From IMG/VR virus record IMGVR_UViG_3300020595_003017, positions 96,001 through 160,000 of that record: a stretch of DNA of 64,000 bases; one strand, given 5' to 3'. Below, piece after piece: positions 55,235-64,000 of the stretch. Within the stretch, counting starts at the first letter, position 1; the number at the start of each line of letters is the position of its first letter. The translations under genes were made by a program, and so were the position numbers. Under the pieces are notes generated by a model. It worked only from the letters and a program-made list of their open reading frames with translations. It searched no databases and had not been told where the DNA came from. The DNA comes from a virus.

Positions 55235-57028
55235 ATGAAAAAAATAAGACCAATTTCTTATACTAGCAGAGACTTTGATTCAATCAAGGAAGATCTGGTA
55301 AATTACGCTAAGAGATATTACCCAAACACGTTTCAAGATTTTAACGAGGCCTCGTTTGGTGCAATGATGCTAGACTTAGTGGCGTATGTTGGAGATCAAC
55401 TTTCATTTTATGTTGATTATCAAGCTAATGAAAGTTTCATAGATTCTGCGATTGAGTACAAGAATATTGTAAAATTAGCTAAGCAAATGGGTTTTAAGAT
55501 GCCAGGTGCTGCCGCATCAGTAGGTAACTGTGCTTTCTATGCAATAATACCTGCTTTGTCCTCAAACGGCAATCCGGACTTTTCTTACAGTCCAATATTG
55601 AGAAGAGGATCCATACTATCAGCCACAAATGGTTTAACATTTACACTAAATGAAAGTGTAGATTTTTCAAGACCAGAAAATGAAATAACTGTAGCAAAAG
55701 TAAATACTTCAACCGGGGTTCCTACCCATTACGCTATAAAATCATTTGGTCAGGTCATATCTGGACAGTTATATCAAACTGACATTACAGTTGATCAGTA
55801 TCAGAGATTTCTCAGGTTACCACTAGAAGCAACAAGTGTTATTGAAATACTCAGTGTTGTCGATAGTCAGGGAAATGAATACTACGAAGTGGACCATTTG
55901 ACACAGGATGTTGTATTAAATGAAGAACCAAACTTTTCAGACGACAAGGATGTTGTTCCAAACATAATGAAAGTAAAGCCTGTACCTAGAAGGTTTGTAA
56001 CTGAATTTGATTCGTCAGGGAATTGTTTTTTACAATTTGGTTTTGGTTCTGGTGAAAATTTAACGACTGATTTGGTGGCCGACCCAGCAAATGTTGTCCT
56101 TGATATTCATGGAAAAAACCATATTACGGACGGCAGCTTTGACCCTTCAAATTTAATTAAGACCGACAAGTTTGGTGTTGTTCCGACTAACACCACCTTG
56201 ACTGTTCGGTACCGATCTAATAATGTTAGAGAGATAAATGTCGCTGCTGGCGCTGTCACAAAAGTTATATTCCCAGATGTGGTATTTAAGAACAGGGATA
56301 CTTTAACAGAAGCAACAGCAACTGAAGTGATCTCAACAATAGAGGTAGAAAACGAGGAGCCAATCCTTGGTGATTCAAATATTATAACAGCCGAAGAGAT
56401 TAAGCAAAGAGCAATGTCTAGCTTCTCTTCACAAAATAGAGCCGTCACTCGTACAGATTACATTTCGTTGTGCTACAGAATGCCTGCAAAATTTGGAAAA
56501 ATAAAAAGAGCCAATATCTTACAAGATTCTTCAGCACTAAAGAGAAACTTAAATCTTTACGTTTTATCAGAAAACGAAAACGGAAATTTTATAGAAGCAA
56601 ATTCAACCATTAAGAAAAATTTGAAAGTTTGGTTAAACAGACATAGAATGCTTAATGATACAATTGATATTTTAAATGCTAAAATAATAAACTACGGTGT
56701 TAACTTTGAGATCATAACTGATCTTGGTGTTAATAAGTTTGAAGTTCTTAGTAGATGTACGGAAAAATTAATTGATAGACTTTCCGTAAGCCACTCAATT
56801 GGTGAATCAATTCAAATAACTAATATTTTCAAAATTTTAAATGAAGTTCCTGGTGTTACAGATACTGTTAATGTTTTCCTAGAAAATAAGGCAGGTGGTA
56901 TTTATAGTGGTTTCTTTTACGACGTAAATGCAAACATTTCTGACGATGGTAGATTTCTAAAAATACCTGATGACGCTGTTGCGGAAATTTTGATACCTCA
57001 AACAGATATTGTGGGAGTTATTAGATAA
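55235..57028 (+). CDS. baseplate wedge protein, T4 gp6/baseplate J-like
   Basis: YTSRDFDSIK..L, DFNEAS.G, L.AYVGD.LSFY.D, E..EEIK.RA..F..QNRAVT..DY. Confidence 0.9.
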   Translation: MKKIRPISYTSRDFDSIKEDLVNYAKRYYPNTFQDFNEASFGAMMLDLVAYVGDQLSFYVDYQANESFIDSAIEYKNIVKLAKQMGFKMPGAAASVGNCAFYAIIPALSSNGNPDFSYSPILRRGSILSATNGLTFTLNESVDFSRPENEITVAKVNTSTGVPTHYAIKSFGQVISGQLYQTDITVDQYQRFLRLPLEATSVIEILSVVDSQGNEYYEVDHLTQDVVLNEEPNFSDDKDVVPNIMKVKPVPRRFVTEFDSSGNCFLQFGFGSGENLTTDLVADPANVVLDIHGKNHITDGSFDPSNLIKTDKFGVVPTNTTLTVRYRSNNVREINVAAGAVTKVIFPDVVFKNRDTLTEATATEVISTIEVENEEPILGDSNIITAEEIKQRAMSSFSSQNRAVTRTDYISLCYRMPAKFGKIKRANILQDSSALKRNLNLYVLSENENGNFIEANSTIKKNLKVWLNRHRMLNDTIDILNAKIINYGVNFEIITDLGVNKFEVLSRCTEKLIDRLSVSHSIGESIQITNIFKILNEVPGVTDTVNVFLENKAGGIYSGFFYDVNANISDDGRFLKIPDDAVAEILIPQTDIVGVIR

Positions 57029-58551
57029 TGGGTATAAAAAGATATTTTGCAACACAAGACAATACAATTTCTAATGCCTTTAAGGCTGATCTAAAAAATC
57101 GAGGAACAGGATCCAATATGGGAGCCTCAGATATACTAGAGGCATTTGTTATACATGGACAGACATCAGCATCTATTGACTCTAATAGTGCAGAACAGTC
57201 AAGAATTTTACTTCAATTTGACATGAATCAGGTATTAGATGATATTGCCAACGGTGTGATCCCGTCATCTAGTGTTGATTTTCGTCTCAAGATGTACAAC
57301 GCACCCCACACAGACACAACTCCTCTTAGCTATAGTTTAAATGTGATAATGCTTACTCAGTCCTGGGAAGAAGGACGGGGATTAGACATGGACAGTTACA
57401 CAGACCTAGGGGTGTGCAATTGGGTAAGTTCTAGTAAAGGAACTTTCTGGGGCTCAAATCCTGCAAATCCAGCGACCGCTATCACTGGTGGATATTTTGA
57501 GACAGGTGAGAACGCATCTGCGAGTTATTTCTTTTCAGGCGGCCTGGAAGATTTAGATGTCAATGTTAATTTTGCTGTGGATCGCTGGCGCTCGTCGGGC
57601 TCAACTTATAACAACGGATTTATTTTGAAACACACTGACGAGGTTATAGCTGGAGCAAAAGGAACCTTTTTTACCAAGAAGTTTTTTGGTAGAAACAGTG
57701 AGTTTTATTTTAAAAGACCTGTTCTTGAGGCTCGTTGGGATTCATCAAGAAAAGATAATAGAGGTAATTTTATTGTTAGTAGTAGTCTTGCTGATGGTAC
57801 AGATAATTTAAATACTCTTTTTCTCTATAATAACGTTCGAGGACAGCTAAAAAATATACCGGGACTCAAAGACAATCAATTATTGGTAAAAGTTTACAGT
57901 GGTAGTGCCACCTCTCCCGGAACACAAAGCGTTTTAATAATTGACTCAGACAACAATGCGGAACATCATTTAACAGGTGGAATCCTTATTGAAAATGGTG
58001 TAGAGGTATCAGGTGTTTATACTTGTTCTTTTGCAACAACATCCTCTAATGATTATTTGTACGATGTCTGGCATACTGCATCGGCTGTTGGTAATATAAC
58101 AGAATTTTTTACTGGGTCATATGAGCCAACAACATTGAGGGCTTTAGAGCTTGTGTATTCAGATGAGTATATAACTGATATAACAAATCTTAAGAGTTCT
58201 TATATAAAGGGGCAACAACCAAGACTAAGAGTATTCCCAAGAAAGAAAAACTGGAATCCAAATATTTATACGGTTGCAACTGCGGAAGTTGTGCCTGAAA
58301 TAATTGAAGATGCGTACTATAGGTTGCATAGGGAAGTTGACAATTTAGAAGTTGTTCCGTTTGGAACAGGAAGTTCAGTCAAGGACTATACTAGAATGTC
58401 GTATGATGTTAGTGGTAGCTACTTCCAAGTTGACACCAATTATTTAGAACCGGGCTATACATATAAAATTCAATTTGTATACTATTTACAAGGAGAGTAT
58501 AGACAACAGCCCGAAGTTTTCAAATTTAGGGTCGAAGAACCTGCGCCATGA
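57028..58551 (+). CDS. structural hypothetical protein (baseplate region)
   Basis: 507 aa, coupled to the gp6-like gene; DNTI, SRILLQFD, SWEEG.G, NNGFILK, P.LEARWD. Confidence 0.75.
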   Translation: MGIKRYFATQDNTISNAFKADLKNRGTGSNMGASDILEAFVIHGQTSASIDSNSAEQSRILLQFDMNQVLDDIANGVIPSSSVDFRLKMYNAPHTDTTPLSYSLNVIMLTQSWEEGRGLDMDSYTDLGVCNWVSSSKGTFWGSNPANPATAITGGYFETGENASASYFFSGGLEDLDVNVNFAVDRWRSSGSTYNNGFILKHTDEVIAGAKGTFFTKKFFGRNSEFYFKRPVLEARWDSSRKDNRGNFIVSSSLADGTDNLNTLFLYNNVRGQLKNIPGLKDNQLLVKVYSGSATSPGTQSVLIIDSDNNAEHHLTGGILIENGVEVSGVYTCSFATTSSNDYLYDVWHTASAVGNITEFFTGSYEPTTLRALELVYSDEYITDITNLKSSYIKGQQPRLRVFPRKKNWNPNIYTVATAEVVPEIIEDAYYRLHREVDNLEVVPFGTGSSVKDYTRMSYDVSGSYFQVDTNYLEPGYTYKIQFVYYLQGEYRQQPEVFKFRVEEPAP

Positions 58552-61500
58552 GTGTTAAAAAGCTTTTTGAAAAAAGTAACAAAGGAAAGCCAATTAGTAA
58601 GTACTTGAAGAAGTCTTCATCTACTTCTATTGATCCTAAAATAGAATCGTTAGGTCACTTAAGTGAAAGCGTCGAAAAGCAAAAATATTTTCTACCGCCG
58701 GTAGACTATTCCCGACCTGAAAACTTTGCAAGGTACGGGTCTGCTGAAAAATATTATAGTGCAGCTTTCGATCATATTGTTAATAACTATCCTTATGATG
58801 GGTCTGGTTTAGAAAAAACAAAATTTTATAATGATTTATCGCCTTTAGAAAAATATACTCTGCAACATGTTTATCCTAAGGAGACTGGATTTGTTGCCTT
58901 TGGGTCAACTTATGGTGATGTTTCTGGAATTACTGACAATACCACAGGGTATTACTCCTCGTCAATAGATTTCATCCAAGCAAAAGGTGGACCACACTCA
59001 GGAACTCTATACTCCTCTGGCAGCAACAAAACAACAAATATAACTTTTGGTGGACCGTCCGGATCTACAGTTGAATTCTTACTCAAGAAAAACGACCTTA
59101 TCCCAGCCAGTAATGCCCAATCAAATAACCAAGTAATCTTTGATTTGGTTAACGGTGATGGGTCTTCACATGACGGGGGCTCTATTGGTGGCGGCGTTAC
59201 TGGATCTACAGGCTACGCCCGCATGAGAATAGAACTCCGCCACCCCGATCAGGATAGATTTTTTGTTACACTAGTTTCTGGAACCACTGGGTTTATGACA
59301 CAATCAGTCCCCACAACAGGCGGCCTAGAGATTGCAAGTGGTTCTTTTCATCACTATGCCTTTGTTTTTAATACGTCTGGATCAGATCCTACTATAGATT
59401 TTTACATGGATGGTGTTTGTCATCAGACACATATTACTGCTAGCAGTTACGCCGGTAGAGACCCGGCACAAGCTGATGATCCTTCTGTCGGCGGTGTGAA
59501 GTCAGGCTCTATATCTCAGGTCACGGGAACAATGATTGCAAACATTGGCGCTCTTAGAGCCCCGGTTAGCGGCGCATCTGATGATATGATGCCCGCCGAA
59601 GGCTGGGGTAAGTTATCCGCCTCGATAGATGAGTTTAGATTTTGGAAAACAGCTAGAACAGGTAAAGAAATAGGAAGAAATTGGTTTACAGATGTTGATG
59701 GTGGTGCTGACGTAGATGATCCTGACTTTAATTTAGGTGTCTATTATCGATTCAACGAGGGAACAACGGGAACTAGTAGTATAGACAAGGTTTATTTAGA
59801 TTATGCCGGCAGGCTGTCTAACGCTTCTCATGTTGGCTACAGCGCAACGAATTCTAGACAAACAGGGTCAGGGATTAATTTATTGGGACTAACAGATGTA
59901 TTTGAGGATGCGTCGCCTGTTGTTAGGGTAGGGAATTTAAACTTCCAAAATATCAAGACAAATCTTGAAGAGTCTGGATCTCAGTACGATTATGGAAATA
60001 CCTCTAACATGATGAACACGCTTCCGTCATGGATATCTGAAGAGGATGAAAACACTGGTGGTGAACTTAGAAACCTAAATCAAGTTCTAGGCGGCTATTT
60101 TGACACCTTGTATGTACAAGTGTCACAACTTAATCAGATAAAGGATTTAAGATATTTAAGTGGCACTCTAACTGGAAGCTCAAATGAATTTCCATACAAT
60201 GATAGAATTTTAGAAAATTTTGGACTTGAGGTCCCAGAGTTGTTTGCAAATGCAACTGTTCTGGAGAGATATTTTAACCGCTCGGAAGATAAAAACTTTG
60301 AGCAAACAATTGAGAATATTAAGAACACGATTTATAAAAACATCTATAACAACTTGTCCTACATATACAAGTCTAAAGGAAATGAAAAGGCGATAAGAAA
60401 TCTCATTAGATGTTATGGTATTGATGATGATGTAATATCTCTTAATACTTATGCTAACGAATATTCTTATACCTTACAGGAAAATTACAAACAAGTATCA
60501 AGCAAGAAAAAATATGCAGATTTTTCCGGCTTAACAGATGCAACTAGTTCAGCCGCTACTTGTTATCAGTTTTATGATTCAAGCAATCCAGCCTCCCATG
60601 GTGCAATATCAGGATCAGATGGGATTCTAGCATCTTTGGGTATTACTGCCCAAGCAGAGTTTATATTCCCTAATAGGCAAAGATTCGATGAGTCCAATGT
60701 AACCTCTGTAAGTCAGTCATTTTATCTTAGTTCTTCTTTGTTTGGTTGGCATACACCTGCTAGTGCCACTCATGTAGCTGACACTGGAATGCACGCTCAA
60801 ACCTGGGCAGACATAAATCCGGAGACTGCTGGTGTATCTGACAAAGGATTTCAGGTTTATGCGGTTAAAACACAGTCAGCATATGCTGAGATAACCGATG
60901 ATCCAAAAAAAGGAAAAGACGTTCGGTTTATTGTAAAAGATAGATTTGATAATACTTTGATTACAAGCTCTGTGTTTCAAAATGTTTATGATAATCAAAA
61001 GTGGAACCTGTCTTTAACTTTGGCACCTGAAAAATATCCTTTATCTGGAGGCGTTGCTGGTGTAGTGGGGCCTGGATCTGCCCGATACAGCTTATCTCTT
61101 TATGGAGTCAATTATGACTCTGGAATAAAGAGAGGGTCTTTCCTTGAAATTGCCAGCTTGCCTCATATCACAGGATCTGAATCCTTGGCACTTGATAAAA
61201 AGTTCTTTATTGGAGCACATCGAACTAACTTTACAGGATCTGTGCTGACAAATACTGATGTCAGGGCTAGTAGCCTTAGGGTTTGGTCAACAATTTTATC
61301 AACGGGAACAATAGACTTACACGCTAGAGAGGTTGATAGTCACGGCACCATACATCCGTTCCGCCAGGCGTATGAATTTGCCTCCTCCTCGGAAAGTTCA
61401 TATCCTGATTTGTTCATACCTGAAATAGAGACTTTGGCTCTAAATTGGGATTTTTCAAATGTCACGGGAAGCGACACCTCTGGTAGGTTTATTGTTGCTG

Positions 61501-64000
61501 ACATGTCCTCGGGATCATCAGGTTCGGCTGTTGGTGTAACCCCAGCAGTGGGTGGATATGAGGCAACTTATCAGGGACCTTTATTAAGTAATATAAATCT
61601 TAGACAACACACAGGACGAGGAGAGTTTTTCTCGGATACTTATGATCCTGTCACAAAACAATATATTGAATCAAGTAGGAAAAATCTGCCAGAATATGTC
61701 GCTAGTAGTGATATGATTGAGATTCAAGACGCTGATGTCCAAATATTTCAGCCAACAATGAGACCGTCTAATTTTTATTATTCTTTGGAAAAGAGCATGT
61801 ATCAGAGTATCTCTAGAAAGATGCTTGATTTGTTTGCGTCAATGGACGATTTTAATAATCTGATAGGTGAGCCTGTCAATACTTATAGACCAAATTATAA
61901 ATCCATGGAAAAGATGCGGGAGATATTCTTCCGAAAAGTTGGCAATACACCAGACTTGGAAAAATATGTTAAGTACTTTAAGTGGATAGACTCTTCTATA
62001 GGACAATTGGTGCAACAACTATTCCCAGCTTCAGCAAAACACTCTGAAGAACTCAGAACAATTATAGAGAGTCATGTCTTAGAGCGGAACAAACACAAAT
62101 ATAGTTATCTAGGTAATAGGCAAGAGATGCTGTCTCTTGTAGACGATGGTATAGAATCACTTGTAGGCGGTGATTTAGGTTACTCTCAGAACAGTTCAAG
62201 TGCTCAAACAATACGAGAAAATCGTAGACAAGGACTTGACAAAACAGTCAGCTTATCTAGTTTTAGTCTTACTAATCAAAAAGCACCACAATTTAAGTTC
62301 TTGACTCCACCGTTGAGTGGTCTTCAAAAGGACAACACAGGGTTCTGGAAATATACTGCCGATGTTCCAACACTGTTATCCTCGTCCGTCACTGACTTAA
62401 ACTCAGCCAAGACTAGCATAAGAAACGCAGCTAGAAGCGAAGATCTTAGAACTAGGGCTGTCAATATATCTGCTTTTTACGAACAAGAAAAGATAGACAA
62501 CAGAAGTCTCGTACAAAGAGGTTCTAGTCCAGCTAAGAAAAATAACATTTTTGATGTTAATACGGATAATTATGAGGTTTTGCCGGACAATGAAGATGTA
62601 AGAAAAGTTGTTCCAAATCAAAAAAGAAAGATACCGTTTAGAGCAAATGCTTTTATAGACGGGGACAAGTCTGGAGACTTGATAGCTCCATTTAGTGCCT
62701 ACGATTTAAGTGGGTCTGAGGTCATCGCTGGTTATGTTACTGTATTACAAGCGGCTTCGAGTTCTTTGAATCTTGATGTTACTAATTTTCATGAGGACAT
62801 ACCGGGTAACTATAATGATGGTATGCCGTTACAAGGGCCATTCACTAGTCAACATGTGGGTGGACTTTTGGGTAGAAATGTACCTGCCTTAAAAGAAAAT
62901 ATTCTTGCACAAAACATAAACAGAAGAGAAGTGTTTTCTACAACTGTTACAAGTCAGAGCAGTTCTGTGGCACGGATTGTCCTTGATGCTGGAATATCTG
63001 ATCCTGCAACTGAACTTAACGGATTAACAGTAACTTTAACTCTCGGAGGAGTTGATTACTCAGCCACTTATAATGGTGCGGTAGATGGTGCTGATACGTC
63101 AAAAACTGTTATTGGCGTAGCTGATGCCTTTGATGCCGACGACGCAACAACAAATTTAGTAACAAGCTTAAATCTGGCCGCAACGGCTGATGGTTTACCT
63201 CTGGCAGCTTCCATTAGCCTTGCTGGGGCAAACGTACTTACCGTATTTGGAAGTAATGTTGGACCCAGAGATAATGGCACATCTTTCGCTGGCACGGCGT
63301 TTGCTGGAGGATCACCCAAAGCAACTACTTCTGTTTTCGCCAGTGGTAGCTTGTTCGGCATAAATTTAGCAACACATAAAATAGGTACTACACCAAAGGG
63401 TCATTATACCCGCAACAACCTAGCAAAGTCACCAGTCAATATTGCTAATGTAAGATCTGCAACAGGCAGCTTAACAGCAGCAGGCAGTTCAAGCAGGGGT
63501 ATACAAATACTAGGCAACTTTGATAAAAACTATGAAGTAATACATGGCTTTGGACGAGAAAATGCAAACATGGATTTTGTGTTTAACAATCGCTTTTATA
63601 CAGCAAGCAATCCAACTGCATTTTTAACAACTCCTGCTCGACGTTTAGCTGGACTTACTGGCTCTGCTGATTATACAGCGCCACGACAAAAAGAAACAAG
63701 AAGAACAAACAAGAGCATAATAGCGAGCAGGTTTGCCGCACCCGGTAGCAAAGAGGATTCAAAACAGCAATTTAGAGATATTGCTACAGATCAGTTTTCT
63801 CCTAATAATGCATTGCCATTTAGAAACCTTCTCATAAGGAATATTTTTAATTCTCAGTCCATGACCTTTACTGGGTGGGGCGGATTTAAAAATTCAGATG
63901 TTGTAGGTATACTCCCTGATCCAAAAATAACAGATGCCGTATCACCAATGGACAATAATCAGGGTCCTGTTGCTTTGACACAATTGAATGAGGGTTCAGG
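58548..64000 (+). CDS. giant virion protein (>1800 aa) with LamG/ConA-like domain, 3'-truncated (not in the ORF track)
   Basis: ATG 58548 (ATGA overlap): MSVKKLFEKSNKG...YPYDGS. Frame was open at every spot check (60000, 61200, 62400, 63000, 63600, 63960), not read codon by codon. LamG motifs TVEFLLK, FHHYAFVF, SIDEFRFWKTART..EI, YYRFNEG. Confidence 0.85.
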   Translation, partial: MSVKKLFEKSNKGKPISKYLKKSSSTSIDPKIESLGHLSESVEKQKYFLPPVDYSRPENFARYGSAEKYYSAAFDHIVNNYPYDGSGLEKTKFYNDLSPLEKYTLQHVYPKETGFVAFGSTYGDVSGITDNTTGYYSSSIDFIQAKGGPHSGTLYSSGSNKTTNITFGGPSGSTVEFLLKKNDLIPASNAQSNNQVIFDLVNGDGSSHDGGSIGGGVTGSTGYARMRIELRHPDQDRFFVTLVSGTTGFMTQSVPTTGGLEIASGSFHHYAFVFNTSGSDPTIDFYMDGVCHQTHITASSYAGRDPAQADDPSVGGVKSGSISQVTGTMIANIGALRAPVSGASDDMMPAEGWGKLSASIDEFRFWKTARTGKEIGRNWFTDVDGGADVDDPDFNLGVYYRFNEGTTGTSSIDKVYLDYAGRLSNASHVGYSATNSRQTGSGINLLGLTDVFEDASPVVRVGNLNFQNIKTNLEESGSQYDYGNTSNMMNTLPSWISEEDENTGGELRNLNQVLGGYFDTLYVQVSQLNQIKDLRYLSGTLTGSSNEFPYNDRILENFGLEVPELFANATVLERYFNRSEDKNFEQTIENIKNTIYKNIYNNLSYIYKSKGNEKAIRNLIRCYGIDDDVISLNTYANEYSYTLQENYKQVSSKKKYADFSGLTDATSSAATCYQFYDSSNPASHGAISGSDGILASLGITAQAEFIFPNRQRFDESNVTSVSQSFYLSSSLFGWHTPASATHVADTGMHAQTWADINPETAGVSDKGFQVYAVKTQSAYAEITDDPKKGKDVRFIVKDRFDNTLITSSVFQNVYDNQKWNLSLTLAPEKYPLSGGVAGVVGPGSARYSLSLYGVNYDSGIKRGSFLEIASLPHITGSESLALDKKFFIGAHRTNFTGSVLTNTDVRASSLRVWSTILSTGTIDLHAREVDSHGTIHPFRQAYEFASSSESSYPDLFIPEIETLALNWDFSNVTGSDTSGRFIVADMSSGSSGSAVGVTPAVGGYEATYQGPLLSNINLRQHTGRGEFFSDTYDPVTKQYIESSRKNLPEYVASSDMIEIQDADVQIFQPTMRPSNFYYSLEKSMYQSISRKMLDLFASMDDFNNLIGEPVNTYRPNYKSMEKMREIFFRKVGNTPDLEKYVKYFKWIDSSIGQLVQQLFPASAKHSEELRTIIESHVLERNKHKYSYLGNRQEMLSLVDDGIESLVGGDLGYSQNSSSAQTIRENRRQGLDKTVSLSSFSLTNQKAPQFKFLTPPLSGLQKDNTGFWKYTADVPTLLSSSVTDLNSAKTSIRNAARSEDLRTRAVNISAFYEQEKIDNRSLVQRGSSPAKKNNIFDVNTDNYEVLPDNEDVRKVVPNQKRKIPFRANAFIDGDKSGDLIAPFSAYDLSGSEVIAGYVTVLQAASSSLNLDVTNFHEDIPGNYNDGMPLQGPFTSQHVGGLLGRNVPALKENILAQNINRREVFSTTVTSQSSSVARIVLDAGISDPATELNGLTVTLTLGGVDYSATYNGAVDGADTSKTVIGVADAFDADDATTNLVTSLNLAATADGLPLAASISLAGANVLTVFGSNVGPRDNGTSFAGTAFAGGSPKATTSVFASGSLFGINLATHKIGTTPKGHYTRNNLAKSPVNIANVRSATGSLTAAGSSSRGIQILGNFDKNYEVIHGFGRENANMDFVFNNRFYTASNPTAFLTTPARRLAGLTGSADYTAPRQKETRRTNKSIIASRFAAPGSKEDSKQQFRDIATDQFSPNNALPFRNLLIRNIFNSQSMTFTGWGGFKNSDVVGILPDPKITDAVSPMDNNQGPVALTQLNEGS

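Overview
A 64 kb piece of an AT-rich, large (jumbo-type) tailed dsDNA phage genome in standard genetic code 11, almost entirely + strand. Phage evidence: T4-like contractile-tail baseplate genes (gp5-like, gp25, gp6, a >1800 aa LamG-containing protein running off the right edge), a gp55-like phage sigma factor, PhoH, a Cas4-like nuclease and promoter-fronted small early ORFs. Left to right: a YeaH-SpoVR-PrkA triad, cysteine synthase and a eukaryote-type phosphomannomutase (0-6.4 kb); early sigma70-promoter cassettes with a NifU domain (6.6-8.7 kb); a candidate 6S-like RNA, four tRNAs, TilS, APRT and MTA/SAH nucleosidase (8.7-11.1 kb); fibre-like and exported proteins, including a myxobacterial-type lipoprotein (11.2-17.8 kb); probable head-associated proteins, tmRNA, PhoH and a nuclease (17.8-24.3 kb); a ~20 kb glycan biosynthesis and transfer cluster (24.3-44.8 kb); sigma factor (45.5 kb); baseplate module (46.5-64 kb). 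Strongest leads: (1) a TilS + tRNA(CAU) + tRNA-Arg(UCU) module matched by near absence of AUA/AGA codons in several early genes; (2) an unannotated 163-nt RNA with 6S-RNA architecture in a genome that carries its own sigma factor; (3) a Maf/NeuA/NeuB-cupin plus fucose and branched-sugar cluster that may glycosylate virions; (4) a complete YeaH/SpoVR/PrkA triad in a phage. The host is inferred, not shown, to be a GC-rich Myxococcota-like bacterium. All family calls are from motif recognition and all RNA folds and codon counts were done by hand; no database searches were run.
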